Source: Azolla caroliniana | Lineage: Eukaryota; Plantae; Polypodiophyta | Length of the DNA stretch: 64,000 bases | Reading direction: 5' to 3' | NCBI GenBank assembly: GCA_043228905.1 | Contig: JBHGNT010000015.1 | Location: 2,976,001-3,040,000 of the forward strand | Shown here: positions 63,501 to 64,000 of the stretch, in pieces | Layout: each line of letters begins with the position of its first letter | Position numbering within the stretch: the first letter of the stretch is position 1 | Made by a program: the position numbers and the translations under genes | Notes under the pieces: generated by a model | Told to the model about the DNA's origin: nothing | What the model saw: only the letters and a program-made list of their open reading frames with translations | The model's database searches: none

Positions 63501-64000
63501 CTCCTTGCCACCCGGTTTCACGTCGGGTTCACCACTTGTGTCGTGCCTTTCGGTTCCAGATCGTTGCGTGAGTCGGGTGGGAACCACTAAGGTTTTGACT
63601 AGGAGAAAGAAGAATATGAGATAAGGCTAGTAATGAATAGGTAGAAAGAGAGGTAAGTTATGAATCTCGTGAATCCCACGAGTTTAGTGTATTTAATCAA
63701 TATTTAGATAGTAGGAGACAATTTAGATGACAAATTCGTGAATCCTACGAATATATTATATTGGTCAATCCTTACAAAATAATCAACCCCCATATACATC
63801 TTTCTCTCCTCCTTATATAAGGATGGGAGAGACTAACCATAACTTCCTGCTTTTCTAAAGTGTTCATGCACACTAAATGTGCATGAGTTGCTTTTTCCAC
63901 TATGTTTTTATTTCCTAGATATAGTGCTCATGCACGCTAGATGTGCACGAGTATTTTTTTGATTGGTTTATATTTTTCTTGTAAATAAAGTATTCACGCA

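Larger units (their letters stand above)
57067..64000 (-). mobile_element. Ty3/Gypsy element F (tRNA-Trp PBS), full domain set but disrupted; 5' LTR runs off the window
   Basis: 3' LTR 57067-57789; 5' LTR from 63539; PBS 63519-63534; PPT GGAGGAGGCGAG at 57790-57801; left flank CCGT. Confidence 0.93.

Overview
Repeat-saturated land-plant nuclear DNA (a fern is inferred from the style of the PLS-class PPR relics; not proven) with no intact host gene. The window is a nest of transposons whose order can be read from target-site duplications (TSDs). A PPR relic was hit by Copia C. C's gag was hit by Copia B, and B was hit by a young intact Copia A (3372-8719). C's LTR was hit by a ~19 kb DNA transposon (11283-30248; 26-bp GGG..CCC TIRs, AACA TSD) with a spliced Sola2-like DDD transposase and a second convergent unknown gene. 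Further right are two L1-type LINEs, a second decayed copy of the Sola-like element, a polyadenylated PPR retrocopy, a TRIM-like element, several solo LTRs and Copia fragments. The strongest candidate for an undescribed system is a tRNA-Trp-primed Ty3/Gypsy lineage (3 elements, 3 solo LTRs). All six insertions adjoin a CpG-centred 4-mer, a 4-bp TSD in the five cases where both ends are visible. The three internal regions share a slippery site plus covarying pseudoknot between gag-pro and pol. One LTR family carries tRNA-like A/B boxes. All alignments were done by eye; no database searches were possible.
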